From Clostridia bacterium (GTDB lineage: Bacteria > Bacillota > Clostridia > Oscillospirales > CAG-272): a DNA stretch of 44,749 bases. The stretch covers positions 1 through 44,749 of the forward strand of contig JAFTOT010000095.1 in assembly GCA_017463665.1 (NCBI GenBank), in the 5' to 3' direction. Below, one piece after another: positions 9,026 to 21,025 of this stretch. Each line of letters opens with the position of its first letter. Position 1 is the stretch's first letter. The notes beneath the pieces were generated by a model. The model did not search any database, was not told the origin of the DNA, and saw only the letters and a program-made list of their open reading frames with translations. The translations under genes were made by a program, and so were the position numbers.

Positions 9026-9053
9026 GCAAAAACCGCCGCAAGGCGGTTTTTGC
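9026..9053 (+). terminator. Rho-independent terminator after apbE
   Basis: GCAAAAACCGCC-GCAA-GGCGGTTTTTGC. Confidence 0.85.
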
Positions 9054-9087
9054 GTTGGGAGAAAAATGTGTAAATGTTACCAGACTA

Positions 9088-9120
9088 TTGTAGGGCGCGT
9101 CGGGACGTCGCGCCCTACAA
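9088..9120. repeat. Short GTAG-type REP-like palindrome
   Basis: TTGTAGGGCGCG...CGCGCCCTACAA. Confidence 0.6.
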
Positions 9121-9181
9121 TGTGTCAGCATAGCCTTTGTCTGCATAAACAATTCTTCCTCGCACTACAACTTTTCGTTGC

Positions 9182-9210
9182 TTGACAAAGTTACCGATGT
9201 TTTGTATACT
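9182..9210 (+). promoter_or_regulatory. sigma-A promoter
   Basis: TTGACA(9182)-17 bp-TATACT(9205-9210). Confidence 0.75.
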
Positions 9211-9257
9211 GAAGCTGCCGATGCAAACGGCAATTTCAGCAACAGAGGTATAAGGCA

Positions 9258-9773
9258 ATGAAAAAACACATATATCTCATCGGCGGGACGATGGGTGTCG
9301 GCAAGACGACCACCTGCCGTTATTTAAAAGAAAAACTGCCAAACAGCGTATTTCTCGACGGCGATTGGTGCTGGGATGCCAGCCCCTTTGCGGTGACCGA
9401 GGAGACAAAAGCAATGGTCATGGACAACATCTGCCATCTGCTCGGCAATTTTCTCCGCTGCAGTGCCTATGATAACGTGATCTTTTGCTGGGTGATGCAT
9501 GAGCAAAGCATCATCGACGACATTGTTTCGCGGCTGGATCTGTCCGATTGCATGCTGCATTGCATTTCGCTCGTTTGCACCGAGGACGCATTGCGCCGGC
9601 GGCTTACCCGTGATGTAGAAGCGGGCATTCGCCGTGCAGACGTGATCGAGAGAAGCGTAGCCCGAATCCCGCTGTATGACAGTCTCCATACCGTCAAAGT
9701 AGACGTGTCAAGCATTACGCCCGAAGCTGCGGCGGAGAAGATTGCTGACATCTTACAGCACGCAAAGTCATGA
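9258..9773 (+). CDS. P-loop nucleotide-kinase-like (AAA family) protein
   Basis: Walker A GGTMGVGKTT, FLDGDWCW. Confidence 0.85.
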   Translation: MKKHIYLIGGTMGVGKTTTCRYLKEKLPNSVFLDGDWCWDASPFAVTEETKAMVMDNICHLLGNFLRCSAYDNVIFCWVMHEQSIIDDIVSRLDLSDCMLHCISLVCTEDALRRRLTRDVEAGIRRADVIERSVARIPLYDSLHTVKVDVSSITPEAAAEKIADILQHAKS

Positions 9774-9824
9774 AACCGTGATCGCTTTCCGCTATACTGT
9801 AGATACACAGAAAGGACGAGAGGT

Positions 9825-10697
9825 ATGGATTGGATCACGGGACTGCAGAGGGCAATTGATTACGTTGAGGAGCACATCACCGAGGAAGTAGATTATGAAG
9901 AAGCGGCAAAGCGCGCGTATTCGTCGAGTTTTCATTTTCAGCGGGTCTTTGCGGTGATCTGCGGCTTTACCCTCGGCGAATATATTCGCTGCCGCAGGCT
10001 CTCGCTTGCGGCAAAGGCGCTGATCGAGTCGGATGCCAAAGTGATCGACATTGCGCTGCAATACGGGTACGATGCGCCCGAAAGCTTTTCCCGCGCGTTT
10101 ACCAAATTTCACGGTATCAGCCCCTCGCAGGCGAGATGCGGTGCCTCAGTCAAATCCTTTTCCCGCCTTTGTGTGAAACTTTCATTACACGGAGGAACGA
10201 CTATGGATTACAGGATCGAAAAGAAAGAAGCATTTGATATCGTCGTGCGAAAAAAGAACTTCGCAAAACCGGGGGAGCAGACCGGTAAAGAGATTCCTGC
10301 GTTTTGGGGCGAGTGCCACGCGGACGGAACCATCCGCGAGCTGATCGGCTATATCCCAAAAGAAGATGTGTTCGGACTCATGGGTATCAGCCGCTATGAC
10401 ATGGAAGCGCCCGATTTTTGCTACGGTATCGGCGTAAGCTACGCGGGCGGTGAGATCGCGGACAAAACGCTGTGCATCGAGCGGATCCCTGCGCACACCT
10501 ATGTCGTGTTCAAATGCGTCGGCAAAATGCCCCAAGCATTTCAAGAGCTGTATCGCTATATCTGCACCGAGTTTTTCCCGACAAGCACCTATATGCCCTG
10601 CGGCGTGGAGATCGAGGCATATCCGTCCGACGACGTACAAAATCCCGACTATACCTGCGAACTTTGGATCGCGGTAGAGAAAAAAACAGTAATGTAA
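9825..10697 (+). CDS. AraC-family regulator with C-terminal GyrI-like effector domain
   Basis: AIDYVEEHI, FHFQRVF, IDIALQYGYDAPESFSRAF; C-terminal IPAHTYVVF...CELWIAV. Confidence 0.92.
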   Translation: MDWITGLQRAIDYVEEHITEEVDYEEAAKRAYSSSFHFQRVFAVICGFTLGEYIRCRRLSLAAKALIESDAKVIDIALQYGYDAPESFSRAFTKFHGISPSQARCGASVKSFSRLCVKLSLHGGTTMDYRIEKKEAFDIVVRKKNFAKPGEQTGKEIPAFWGECHADGTIRELIGYIPKEDVFGLMGISRYDMEAPDFCYGIGVSYAGGEIADKTLCIERIPAHTYVVFKCVGKMPQAFQELYRYICTEFFPTSTYMPCGVEIEAYPSDDVQNPDYTCELWIAVEKKTVM

Positions 10698-10725
10698 AAT
10701 TTTCAAAAAATTTTTTCTTCGCCTA

Positions 10726-10754
10726 TTGACAGCGGCAAAAAAACGTGCTAAACT
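10726..10754 (+). promoter_or_regulatory. sigma-A promoter of the T-box/trp leader
   Basis: TTGACA-17 bp-TAAACT with extended -10 TG. Confidence 0.75.
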
Positions 10755-10764
10755 TTGCACATCA

Positions 10765-11047
10765 AACCGTTGAAGCGGAGATAATGGCGATGATGCCTTC
10801 ACAGAGAGCCCGTGGTGCTGAGAGTCGGGTAAGAAACAAGTCGTCAAATGGACCGCGGAGGGTGCAGTCAAATGCGCGCGAGCGCAGAGTATTCTGCAAC
10901 GTGTGGGCATACGTCAGTTGCCGGGGATATGTGGGTATCCTGCTAAGTGCACAGCCGAAAACAGGTTGTGAATCAAGGTGGCACCGCGGATAGTAATTCG
11001 TCCTTGACAGAGAAAGTATTTTTGCTGTCAAGGGCGTTTTTGTTTTC
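10765..11047 (+). ncRNA. T-box riboswitch with Trp (UGG) specifier
   Basis: Stem I with AGAGAGC and GCTGAGA motifs; specifier TGG at 10849-10851; T-box AAGGTGGCACCGCG at 10975-10988; terminator stem 10999-11036 plus U-tract; upstream of trp genes. Confidence 0.92.
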
Positions 11048-11049
11048 AT

Positions 11050-11090
11050 ATACTCCTTTGACAGAGAGGTCAAAGGAGTATTTTTGCTTT
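11050..11090 (+). terminator. Second terminator-like hairpin after the T-box
   Basis: ATACTCCTTTGAC-AGAGAG-GTCAAAGGAGTAT followed by TTTTGCTTT. Confidence 0.55.
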
Positions 11091-11106
11091 CAGAGGAGAT
11101 ATGACC

Positions 11107-11214
11107 ATGATTAAAGAAGCAATCGTAAAGATCGTTAATAAAGAAGACCTTGCCTATGATGAGGCATATACAGTGATGAATGAGATCACGAGTTGCGAGG
11201 TGTATGATGACTAA
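11107..11214 (+). pseudogene. trpD: 5' stub of anthranilate phosphoribosyltransferase
   Basis: RBS AGGAG; [27 protein letters not shown] resembles the TrpD N-terminus; stops after 35 codons, overlapping the trpF start. Confidence 0.8.
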
Positions 11215-11815
11215 GATCAAATTATGCGGCCTTTCGCGGCTGTACGACATCGCCGCCGTTAATGTGCTGTTGCCCGAATATGTCGGCTTTGTCTTTGTTG
11301 AGAAAAGCAAGCGATATGTTTCCCCCGAGAGAGCGGCGGAGCTGAAAAGCCTGCTGCATCCTGTCGTGCAGGTGGTCGGCGTGTTTGCCAACGCTGCGCC
11401 CGAAACCGTTGCGGCACTGCTGTGCCGAGGTACGATCGACATAGCGCAGCTGCACGGCAACGAGGATGAGGATTACATTCGCCGTTTGCGAATGCTCAGT
11501 ACGGGACCGATCATCCAGGCTTTCACGATCCGATCCGAAGAAGATGTTCGGCTTGCCGAGCAAAGCTCCGCCGATTTTGTACTGCTCGATTCGGGCGCGG
11601 GAACAGGCGCGGTATTCGACTGGAATTTGCTAAAGAATATCCATCGACCGTATTTTCTCGCGGGCGGGCTTGGCATCGACAATGTAGAAAACGCGATCGG
11701 TGCCTTGCACCCGTATGCGGTGGATGCCAGCTCGGGCGTCGAGACCGACGGCTTTAAAGACAGAATGAAAATGGCGGAATTCGTCTCCGTCGTGAGAAAG
11801 GAAGAACAAAAATGA
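11207..11815 (+). CDS. trpF: Phosphoribosylanthranilate isomerase
   Basis: [41 protein letters not shown]. Confidence 0.93.
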   Translation: MTKIKLCGLSRLYDIAAVNVLLPEYVGFVFVEKSKRYVSPERAAELKSLLHPVVQVVGVFANAAPETVAALLCRGTIDIAQLHGNEDEDYIRRLRMLSTGPIIQAFTIRSEEDVRLAEQSSADFVLLDSGAGTGAVFDWNLLKNIHRPYFLAGGLGIDNVENAIGALHPYAVDASSGVETDGFKDRMKMAEFVSVVRKEEQK

Positions 11816-13002
11816 CAAATCCAAGCGGACGCTTCGGCATACACGGCGGACAGTACATCCCCGAAACGCTGATGAACGCGGTCATGGAGCTGGAAGCGGC
11901 GTATGATCACTATAAAAACGATCCCGAATTTCAGAGGGAGCTTTCCGAGCTGTTCAACGAATACGCGGGCAGACCGTCCGGACTCTACTATGCGGAAAAG
12001 ATGACAAAAGACCTCGGCGGCGCGAAGATCTACCTGAAACGCGAGGATCTCAATCACACGGGTGCCCACAAGATCAACAACGTGCTCGGGCAGGCACTCT
12101 TAGCAAAGAAAATGGGTAAGACGCGCCTGATCGCCGAGACGGGTGCGGGGCAGCACGGCGTTGCCACGGCGACCGCCGCTGCGCTGATGGGCATGGAATG
12201 CGTGGTGTTCATGGGCGAGGAGGACACGATCCGTCAAGCGCTCAACGTTTACCGCATGCGCCTGCTCGGCGCGGAGGTCATTCCCGTAAAATCGGGCACC
12301 GCCACGCTGAAGGATGCCGTTTCGGAAGCAATGCGCGAATGGACCTCCCGCATTGACGACACGCACTATTGTCTCGGCTCGGTCGTGGGGCCGCACCCGT
12401 TCCCGACGATCGTACGCGATTTTCAGGCGGTGATCTCGGCGGAGATCAAGGAGCAGATGCTTGCAAAAGAGGGCAGACTGCCCGACGCGGTGATCGCCTG
12501 TGTGGGCGGCGGCTCCAATGCCATTGGAAGTTTTCACCATTTTATAGAAGATAAGGACGTTCGGCTCATCGGCTGCGAGGCTGCGGGACGCGGCATTGAT
12601 ACCTTTGAGACAGCAGCGACCGTCAACACGGGCAAGGTCGGCATTTTCCACGGTATGAAGTCCTATTTCTGTCAGGACGAGTACGGGCAGATCGCGCCTG
12701 TCTACTCCATCTCCGCAGGACTCGATTACCCCGGCATCGGTCCTGAGCACGCGCATCTGCACGATATCGGCAGAGCCGAGTATGTGCCCGTGACGGACGA
12801 TGAAGCAATTTGCGCCTTTGAGTACTTGGCAAAGACCGAGGGCATCATTCCCGCCATCGAATCGGCGCACGCCGTTGCACATGCCATGAAGATCGCACCG
12901 ACGATGGGCAAAGACAAGATCATCGTTATCACCATTTCGGGCAGAGGCGACAAGGATTGCGCCGCCATCGCCCGCTACAGAGGGGAGGATATCCATGAGT
13001 AA
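11812..13002 (+). CDS. trpB: Tryptophan synthase beta chain
   Basis: [15 protein letters not shown] (PLP Lys), [25 protein letters not shown]. Confidence 0.97.
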   Translation: MTNPSGRFGIHGGQYIPETLMNAVMELEAAYDHYKNDPEFQRELSELFNEYAGRPSGLYYAEKMTKDLGGAKIYLKREDLNHTGAHKINNVLGQALLAKKMGKTRLIAETGAGQHGVATATAAALMGMECVVFMGEEDTIRQALNVYRMRLLGAEVIPVKSGTATLKDAVSEAMREWTSRIDDTHYCLGSVVGPHPFPTIVRDFQAVISAEIKEQMLAKEGRLPDAVIACVGGGSNAIGSFHHFIEDKDVRLIGCEAAGRGIDTFETAATVNTGKVGIFHGMKSYFCQDEYGQIAPVYSISAGLDYPGIGPEHAHLHDIGRAEYVPVTDDEAICAFEYLAKTEGIIPAIESAHAVAHAMKIAPTMGKDKIIVITISGRGDKDCAAIARYRGEDIHE

Positions 13003-13765
13003 CATTGCATCTGCCTTTGCAAACGGAAAGGCGCTTATTCCGTTTATCACCTGCGGCGATCCCGATCTTGCGACCACTGCCGCCGCGATCCGCGCCGCAG
13101 TCGCAAACGGCGCTGATCTCATCGAGCTCGGCATTCCGTTTTCCGATCCCACGGCGGAGGGATCGGTTGTTCAAGGGGCAAACCTGCGCGCACTGCGCGG
13201 CGGCGTGACCACGGACAAGATCTTTGACTTTGTACGCGAGCTTCGCCGCGATGTCAAGGTGCCGATGGTGTTTATGACCTATGCCAACGTGGTGTTCTCC
13301 TACGGTGCCGAGCGGTTTATCTCCGCCTGCCGCGAGACTCGGATCGACGGCTTGATCCTGCCCGATCTGCCATTTGAAGAAAAAGAGGAGTTTGCGCCTA
13401 TCTGTCACCAATACGGTGTTGATCTGATCTCTCTGATTGCACCTGCTTCCGAAAATCGCATTGCAATGATCGCAAAAGAGGCGGAAGGCTTTCTCTACAT
13501 TGCCTCCGGCCTCGGTGTAACGGGAACGCGCGGTGACATCAAGACCGATCTTGCCGCGATCGTGGATGTCATCAGACAGAACACGAGCATCCCCTGTGCC
13601 ATCGGATTTGGCATTTCCACACCCGACCGGGCAAAGAAGATGGCTGCCATCTCCGACGGCGCCATCATCGGCTCCGCGATCGTCGAACTGCTCGAAAAGT
13701 ACGGCACCCAAGCGCCGAAATATATCGGCACGTACGTAAAGTCCATGAAAGATGCGATAAAGTAA
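12995..13765 (+). CDS. trpA: Tryptophan synthase alpha chain
   Basis: [30 protein letters not shown]. Confidence 0.95.
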   Translation: MSNIASAFANGKALIPFITCGDPDLATTAAAIRAAVANGADLIELGIPFSDPTAEGSVVQGANLRALRGGVTTDKIFDFVRELRRDVKVPMVFMTYANVVFSYGAERFISACRETRIDGLILPDLPFEEKEEFAPICHQYGVDLISLIAPASENRIAMIAKEAEGFLYIASGLGVTGTRGDIKTDLAAIVDVIRQNTSIPCAIGFGISTPDRAKKMAAISDGAIIGSAIVELLEKYGTQAPKYIGTYVKSMKDAIK

Positions 13766-13916
13766 AGGAAAAGGTGTATCCAAAACGATCGGCCTGTAGA
13801 GATACTCCCGACGCGAACCGATGATCATTTTATATTAAAACTTCTTTTCTATTTTACTTGCTTTTTTTGTCGGATCTATAGTAAAATAATAAGAATACAA
13901 TTTAGGAGCAAGAGAC

Positions 13917-14624
13917 GTGAAAAAGAAACCGATCATAGGTATATGTCCGCTGTGGGACGAGGAAAAGAACAGCTATTGGATGCTGCCCGGATATATGGAT
14001 GCCGTTTTGGCTTCGGGTGGTGTGCCGATCATGCTGCCGTTCGCAGAAGAGGATGCTTGTATCGAGCAGCTCGTTGAGATGTGCGACGGCTTTGTGTTTA
14101 CGGGTGGGCAGGATGTTTCGCCCGAGATCTACGGAGAAACTGTAAAATTTGACAATGTGGGATGCTGCAAAAAGCGCGATGCCTTGGAGCTTGCACTGCT
14201 GGAAAAAGCTTTGCAGCAGGACAAATCCATCCTCGGTGTTTGCCGCGGTGTGCAGTTCATCAATGCTGCCCTCGGCGGTACACTGTATCAGGATCTGCCG
14301 AGGGAGATATCTTCGCCGCTGGAGCATCATCAGACACCGCCGTATGATGTGCCGATCCATACCGTGGAGGTAACCCCCGGAACACCGTTGCATACATTGA
14401 GCGGAAAAGAGGAGATTGCAGTCAACAGCTATCATCATCAAGCCATCAAGACCCTTTCGCCGAAGCTCGCATGCATGGCGACTGCCTCGGATGGAATCAT
14501 GGAGGCAGTATATATGCCGGGCAAAAAGTTTGTTTTTGCCGTGCAGTGGCACCCCGAGTTTTTGTATGCAGTCGATGAAACCAGCCGAAAGATCTTTCGC
14601 GCTTTCGTCGAAAGCATGCAATAA
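13917..14624 (+). CDS. Gamma-glutamyl-GABA hydrolase family (peptidase C26) glutamine amidotransferase-like protein
   Basis: FTGGQDV.P..YG, LGVCRG.Q, VNSYHHQA, VQWHPE; GTG start with AGGAG RBS. Confidence 0.92.
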   Translation: MKKKPIIGICPLWDEEKNSYWMLPGYMDAVLASGGVPIMLPFAEEDACIEQLVEMCDGFVFTGGQDVSPEIYGETVKFDNVGCCKKRDALELALLEKALQQDKSILGVCRGVQFINAALGGTLYQDLPREISSPLEHHQTPPYDVPIHTVEVTPGTPLHTLSGKEEIAVNSYHHQAIKTLSPKLACMATASDGIMEAVYMPGKKFVFAVQWHPEFLYAVDETSRKIFRAFVESMQ

Positions 14625-14632
14625 AGCGGAAG

Positions 14633-14884
14633 AATGATTGGTTAAGAGACGCAGCAAACATCTCCCCGCGAGATCCCGCATAGCGTCCTACGGACGCTAT
14701 GGCGCTATTGAGGCTACGCCTCAAAGTTCGACTACGGACTTCGTCCTTCGCTCAGGATGACAAGCGGGGGATCGTGCGGAGAAATATATTAGGCTTTTTA
14801 AGCACTTGGCTTAAACCCGCCCTGTCATCCTCGAGCGAAGCGAAGGATCTCGGGCGGTGATGTTAGTTGCCCTAACCAACCATT
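14633..14884. repeat. CGTC-type palindromic MITE-like element, copy A
   Basis: CGCTCAGGATGAC and GTCATCCTCGAGCGAAGCGAAGGATCT halves; nested hairpins; homologous in inverted orientation to 25251-25440; outer TIR AATGATTGGTTA/TAACCAACCATT. Confidence 0.75.
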
Positions 14885-14973
14885 TTTCGCTTTTGCCTTT
14901 GTGCAAGATGAATATTGCCCGAATCTCTTTTTGCGCATCCTGCACAAAAATCAAGAAAAACGCCGAACAGGTA

Positions 14974-15002
14974 TTGACTATTGTGCTGACTTGTGCTATA
15001 GT
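14974..15002 (+). promoter_or_regulatory. sigma-A promoter of the PTS operon
   Basis: TTGACT-17 bp-TATAGT with extended -10 TG. Confidence 0.75.
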
Positions 15003-15037
15003 GTTTATAGTGAAAAGAATATTTAGATACCATATTG

Positions 15038-15112
15038 GGGTGTTACCGTGAGGGCATGACCAACTTTCTACGCGATTTTTGTATGGAATTGTGTATAAGG
15101 TTGGCTTTTTTA
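15038..15112 (+). promoter_or_regulatory. RAT (ribonucleic antiterminator) overlapping a leader terminator
   Basis: GGTGTTACCGTGAGGGCATGACC resembles BglG/GlcT RATs; overlaps CCAACTT...AAGGTTGG-CTTTTTT terminator; directly upstream of a PRD antiterminator gene. Confidence 0.75.
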
Positions 15113-15134
15113 TTTTCAGACACAGGAGAAAGTT

Positions 15135-15977
15135 ATGAAAGTTATTAAAGCCATCAATAATAATAATCTGTGCGTTTTGGATGACGCGGGCAGAGAACAG
15201 ATCGTTTCGGGAAAAGGCATCGGCTTTGGGAAAAAGTACGGCGACACGGTCGATCCGTCGCAGATTCAAAAGACGTATCTGATCACCGATTCCGAATTGC
15301 AGAAAAAAATGATCACCATGCTCAAAGAAATTCCGTTTGAATACATGGTTTTTGCGAATGATATAGTAGAGCATATTAAAAATACGTATTCGGGCAAGCT
15401 GAGTGAATCGCTTCTGGTTACGCTCAGCGACCATATCTCTTTTGCCATCGAGCGCAAGAAAAGCGGCATGGAATTTACAAATCCTTTGCTGGATTCCATC
15501 CGCGAATCGTATCCCGAGGAGCTGCAGCTCGGCAAGTATTGTGTGGAGCAGATGGAGACGCAGCTCGGTATTGCCATGACAGAGGATGAAGCTGCCTTTA
15601 TTGCCATGCACATCATCAACGCAAGTCTGGGAACAAAAATGGACGATGTGTACAAAATTACAAAATTGATAAATGGATGCATTGAGATCGCGGAATACTA
15701 TTGTAAGGAAAAGTTTGATCGGGACAGCGTGGAGTTTGAACGCTTTCTGGCGCATCTCAAATATCTTGCGCAAAGATTGTTTCAAAATAAACCGCTGCCG
15801 AATGCGCTCAACGATGATGATGCGTTTGCAATCATGATCCGCAAGACCTGTGCCGAGCAGTACAAATGCGCCCTCTGCATACATGAATATATCGCAAAGA
15901 CCTATCGAAAAAGTATTAACAGTGACGAACTGATCACGCTTACCATTCATCTCAAAAAGCTCACCAAAAAAAGTTAA
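15135..15977 (+). CDS. BglG/LicT/GlcT-family PRD antiterminator
   Basis: CAT domain MKVIKAINNN...GKGIGFGK; PRD histidines in LSDHISFA, IAMHII, FLAHLK, LTIHLK. Confidence 0.93.
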   Translation: MKVIKAINNNNLCVLDDAGREQIVSGKGIGFGKKYGDTVDPSQIQKTYLITDSELQKKMITMLKEIPFEYMVFANDIVEHIKNTYSGKLSESLLVTLSDHISFAIERKKSGMEFTNPLLDSIRESYPEELQLGKYCVEQMETQLGIAMTEDEAAFIAMHIINASLGTKMDDVYKITKLINGCIEIAEYYCKEKFDRDSVEFERFLAHLKYLAQRLFQNKPLPNALNDDDAFAIMIRKTCAEQYKCALCIHEYIAKTYRKSINSDELITLTIHLKKLTKKS

Positions 15978-16043
15978 TGCAGCGAGACGCTGCGGCGGCA
16001 GGATCCGGTACCGATCGTGACGGCGCGGTGTACCGCAGAATAA

Positions 16044-18191
<2,148 letters not shown>

Positions 18192-18209
18192 GGAAAAGGA
18201 GATCCTACC

Positions 18210-18467
18210 ATGAAAACATTTGAGTATACCATCAAAGACGAACTGGGCATCCATGCAAGACCTGCAGGTCTGCTCGCAAAAACGGCGAAGAATTACGCAA
18301 GCGAGATCACCATTACCAAAAACGGTAAATCGGTCGTCTGCACCAAGCTCATGGCACTGATGGGTCTCGGCGTAAAGTGCGGCGACACCGTCACCGTCAC
18401 CGTAAACGGTGCGGATGAGGACGCTGCAGAAGCAGGCATCAAGGCTTTTCTCGAAGCAAATCTGTAA
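18210..18467 (+). CDS. ptsH: Phosphocarrier protein HPr (Lys in place of Ser46)
   Basis: GIHARPA with His15; 85 aa. Confidence 0.95.
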   Translation: MKTFEYTIKDELGIHARPAGLLAKTAKNYASEITITKNGKSVVCTKLMALMGLGVKCGDTVTVTVNGADEDAAEAGIKAFLEANL

Positions 18468-18480
18468 TTGAGGTATTCCT

Positions 18481-20112
18481 ATGATGAAGTTTACCGGAAA
18501 AGGCGTGTACGGTGCGATCGCCATCGGCAAGCTCTCTGTTTTTGAGCGGCAGGGTATGCGCGTAAAGCGTGTGCCCATCAGCGATCCCGCCGCTGAGATC
18601 GAACGGCTCGAAGCGGCGAAAGCTGTCGCGATTCGGCAGCTCGGCGAGATCTACGAAAAGGCGCTGAAGGAAGTCGGCGAGGCAAATGCGCAGATCTTTG
18701 AGATCCACAGCATGATGGTCGAGGACGAGGATTACAACGACGCGATCGCCGAGATGATCCGTTCGCAGAGCATCAACGCCGAGTACGCGGTGGCAATGAC
18801 GGGCGAAAACTTTGCAGAGATGTTTGCCTCCATGGATGACAGCTATATGCAGGCGAGAGCCGCCGATGTCAAGGACATCTCCAACCGTATTATCGCATGT
18901 CTTGCAAGTGAGGTGGGCGGCGATGTCGTCTCGGACGAAAAGGTGATCCTCTGCGCGGACGATCTTGCCCCCAGCGAAACCGTGTCGCTCGATAAAGACA
19001 AGATCCTGGCATTTGTCACGGCAAACGGATCGGCAAATTCACACACGGCGATCTTGGCAAGAAATATGAACATTCCCGCCATTATCGGTCTTGGCGAGGA
19101 ATTCCTCGCCGAGGTCAAAAACGGTGTCATTGCAATTGCCGACGGCTTTACCGGCGAGCTCATCGTGGATCCCGATGCCGCGACCTTGGCGGCTTATGAG
19201 AAGAAGCAGCAGGAGGAGATCGAAAAGAAACTCCTTTTGCAGCAGTTAAACGGCAAAGAGAACATCACGCTCGACGGCACCAAGATCAACGTTTTTGCCA
19301 ACATCGGCAGCGTGGATAATATCGGCGCCGTGCTGCTCAACGACGCAGGCGGCATCGGTCTGTTCCGAAGTGAATTTTTGTATCTCGAAAAGTCCGATTA
19401 CCCTACTGAGGAAGAGCAGTTCCGCGTGTATAAAAAGGTGCTCGAGAGCATGGCGAGCAAAAAGGTCATCATCCGCACGCTGGATATCGGCGCGGATAAG
19501 CAGGCGGATTATTTCCATCTCGAAAAAGAAGAAAACCCTGCGCTTGGACTCCGTGCCATCCGTCTGTGCCTAAAACGCCCCGAGATCTTCAAGACGCAGC
19601 TTCGTGCCCTCTACCGCGCGTCGGTGTACGGCAATCTCGGCATCATGTTCCCGATGGTCGCAAACCGGTGGGAGCTGCAAGAGATCCTCGCAATGTGCGA
19701 GCAGGTGAAAGAAGAGCTCACTGCCGAAAATCTGCCCTATGCCAAGGTGGAGCTCGGCATCATGATCGAGACACCCGCAGCGGCGATCATCAGCGACAAG
19801 CTGGCGCCGATGGTGGACTTTTTCAGCGTCGGCACCAACGACCTCACGCAGTACACGCTCGCTTGCGACAGACAAAATCCGTTGATCGAGCATTTCTGCG
19901 ACACGCATCACGAAGCCATCCTGCGCCTGATCGAGTTTTCGGCGAAAAACGCGCATGCAAACGGCGCGTGGATCGGCATCTGCGGCGAGCTCGCCGCGGA
20001 TACCACCCTCACCGAAACGTTCCTGCGCATGGGCATCGATGAACTTTCGGTATCCCCCACCTTTGTCCTGAAGGTGCGCGATACCATCCGTAAGATCGAT
20101 CTGCGGAAATAA
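18481..20112 (+). CDS. ptsI: PEP-protein phosphotransferase, enzyme I
   Basis: SHTAILAR, GIGLFRSEFLY, EENPALG.RAIR, FSVGTNDLTQY, ICGELAAD. Confidence 0.97.
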   Translation: MMKFTGKGVYGAIAIGKLSVFERQGMRVKRVPISDPAAEIERLEAAKAVAIRQLGEIYEKALKEVGEANAQIFEIHSMMVEDEDYNDAIAEMIRSQSINAEYAVAMTGENFAEMFASMDDSYMQARAADVKDISNRIIACLASEVGGDVVSDEKVILCADDLAPSETVSLDKDKILAFVTANGSANSHTAILARNMNIPAIIGLGEEFLAEVKNGVIAIADGFTGELIVDPDAATLAAYEKKQQEEIEKKLLLQQLNGKENITLDGTKINVFANIGSVDNIGAVLLNDAGGIGLFRSEFLYLEKSDYPTEEEQFRVYKKVLESMASKKVIIRTLDIGADKQADYFHLEKEENPALGLRAIRLCLKRPEIFKTQLRALYRASVYGNLGIMFPMVANRWELQEILAMCEQVKEELTAENLPYAKVELGIMIETPAAAIISDKLAPMVDFFSVGTNDLTQYTLACDRQNPLIEHFCDTHHEAILRLIEFSAKNAHANGAWIGICGELAADTTLTETFLRMGIDELSVSPTFVLKVRDTIRKIDLRK

Positions 20113-20113
20113 C

Positions 20114-20150
20114 AAAAAAGCCTTGAGACACCTCGCCTCAAGGCTTTTTT
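20114..20150 (+). terminator. Rho-independent terminator after ptsI
   Basis: AAAAAAGCCTTGAG...CTCAAGGCTTTTTT. Confidence 0.85.
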
Positions 20151-20211
20151 CTGTTGCGGCAACCGATTTTTTGTGGTACAATGGATGTAATCTATCACGG
20201 AGATGTATGGT

Positions 20212-20625
20212 ATGATCCAAGAACTTATGCACGATCCGATCTTTCTTGCGCAGAAGTCGGAGAGGGCAACACAAGAAGATCTGCAAGTCGCAAAGGACTT
20301 GCTGGATACGCTGATCGCCAACCGCGAAAACTGTGTCGGCATGGCGGCAAACATGATCGGCGTGCGCAAACGCATTATTGTTTTCGACAATGACGGCGAA
20401 TATATGACCATGTTCAACCCCGAGATCCTGAAAAAATCGGGTGCGTACGACACTGAGGAAGGCTGCCTGTCTCTGCTCGGCGGACCGCGCAAGACAAAGC
20501 GGTTTCAAACCATCAAAGTGCAGTACCAAACCGAATCTTTTGCGACTCGCGTGAAAACTTTCACCGGCTGGACGGCGCAGATCATCCAGCACGAGATCGA
20601 CCATTGCGACGGGGTGCTGATATGA
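20212..20625 (+). CDS. def: Peptide deformylase
   Basis: GMAANMIG, EGCLS, QHEIDH motifs. Confidence 0.9.
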   Translation: MIQELMHDPIFLAQKSERATQEDLQVAKDLLDTLIANRENCVGMAANMIGVRKRIIVFDNDGEYMTMFNPEILKKSGAYDTEEGCLSLLGGPRKTKRFQTIKVQYQTESFATRVKTFTGWTAQIIQHEIDHCDGVLI

Positions 20626-21025
20626 AGATTCGTCTTGCAACAATAGAGGACCTTGCGCTTTTATCCGAACACGAAAAACATATCCCGCGTGCGGAGCTGG
20701 AAAACTGCGTCCGACAGGGAAGAGTATATATGGCGTTTGACGGCGGCGAATTTGTCGGCTGGCTGCGGTATAATCTCTTTTGGGATCTTGTGCCGTTTAT
20801 GAACATGCTGTACATGCTTGATGGTCGGCGCGGCAAGGGATACGGAACGCAGCTTGTCGCGCGGTGGAAAACGATATGCGGGCGCAGGGGTATGAAGTGG
20901 TGATGACCTCGACCGCGTCCGATGAATACGCGCAGCATTTTTACAACAAGATCGGGTACAAGACCATCGGCGGCTTTACACTGAAAGACGACCCGTATGA
21001 GATCATTTTGAGTAAACAACTATGA
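20622..21025 (+). pseudogene. GNAT N-acetyltransferase split by a -1 frameshift near 20867
   Basis: First frame gives MKIRLAT...RRGKGYG..LVARW; the -1 frame continues ENDMRAQGYEVVMTST..DEYAQHFYNKIGY...EIILSKQL* and ends overlapping the next ATG. Confidence 0.8.

Noticed and set aside
20335-20362. Deformylase motif 1 variant GMAANMIG
   Set aside because: EGCLS and HEIDH are intact; I recall this variant as common in clostridial Def paralogues.
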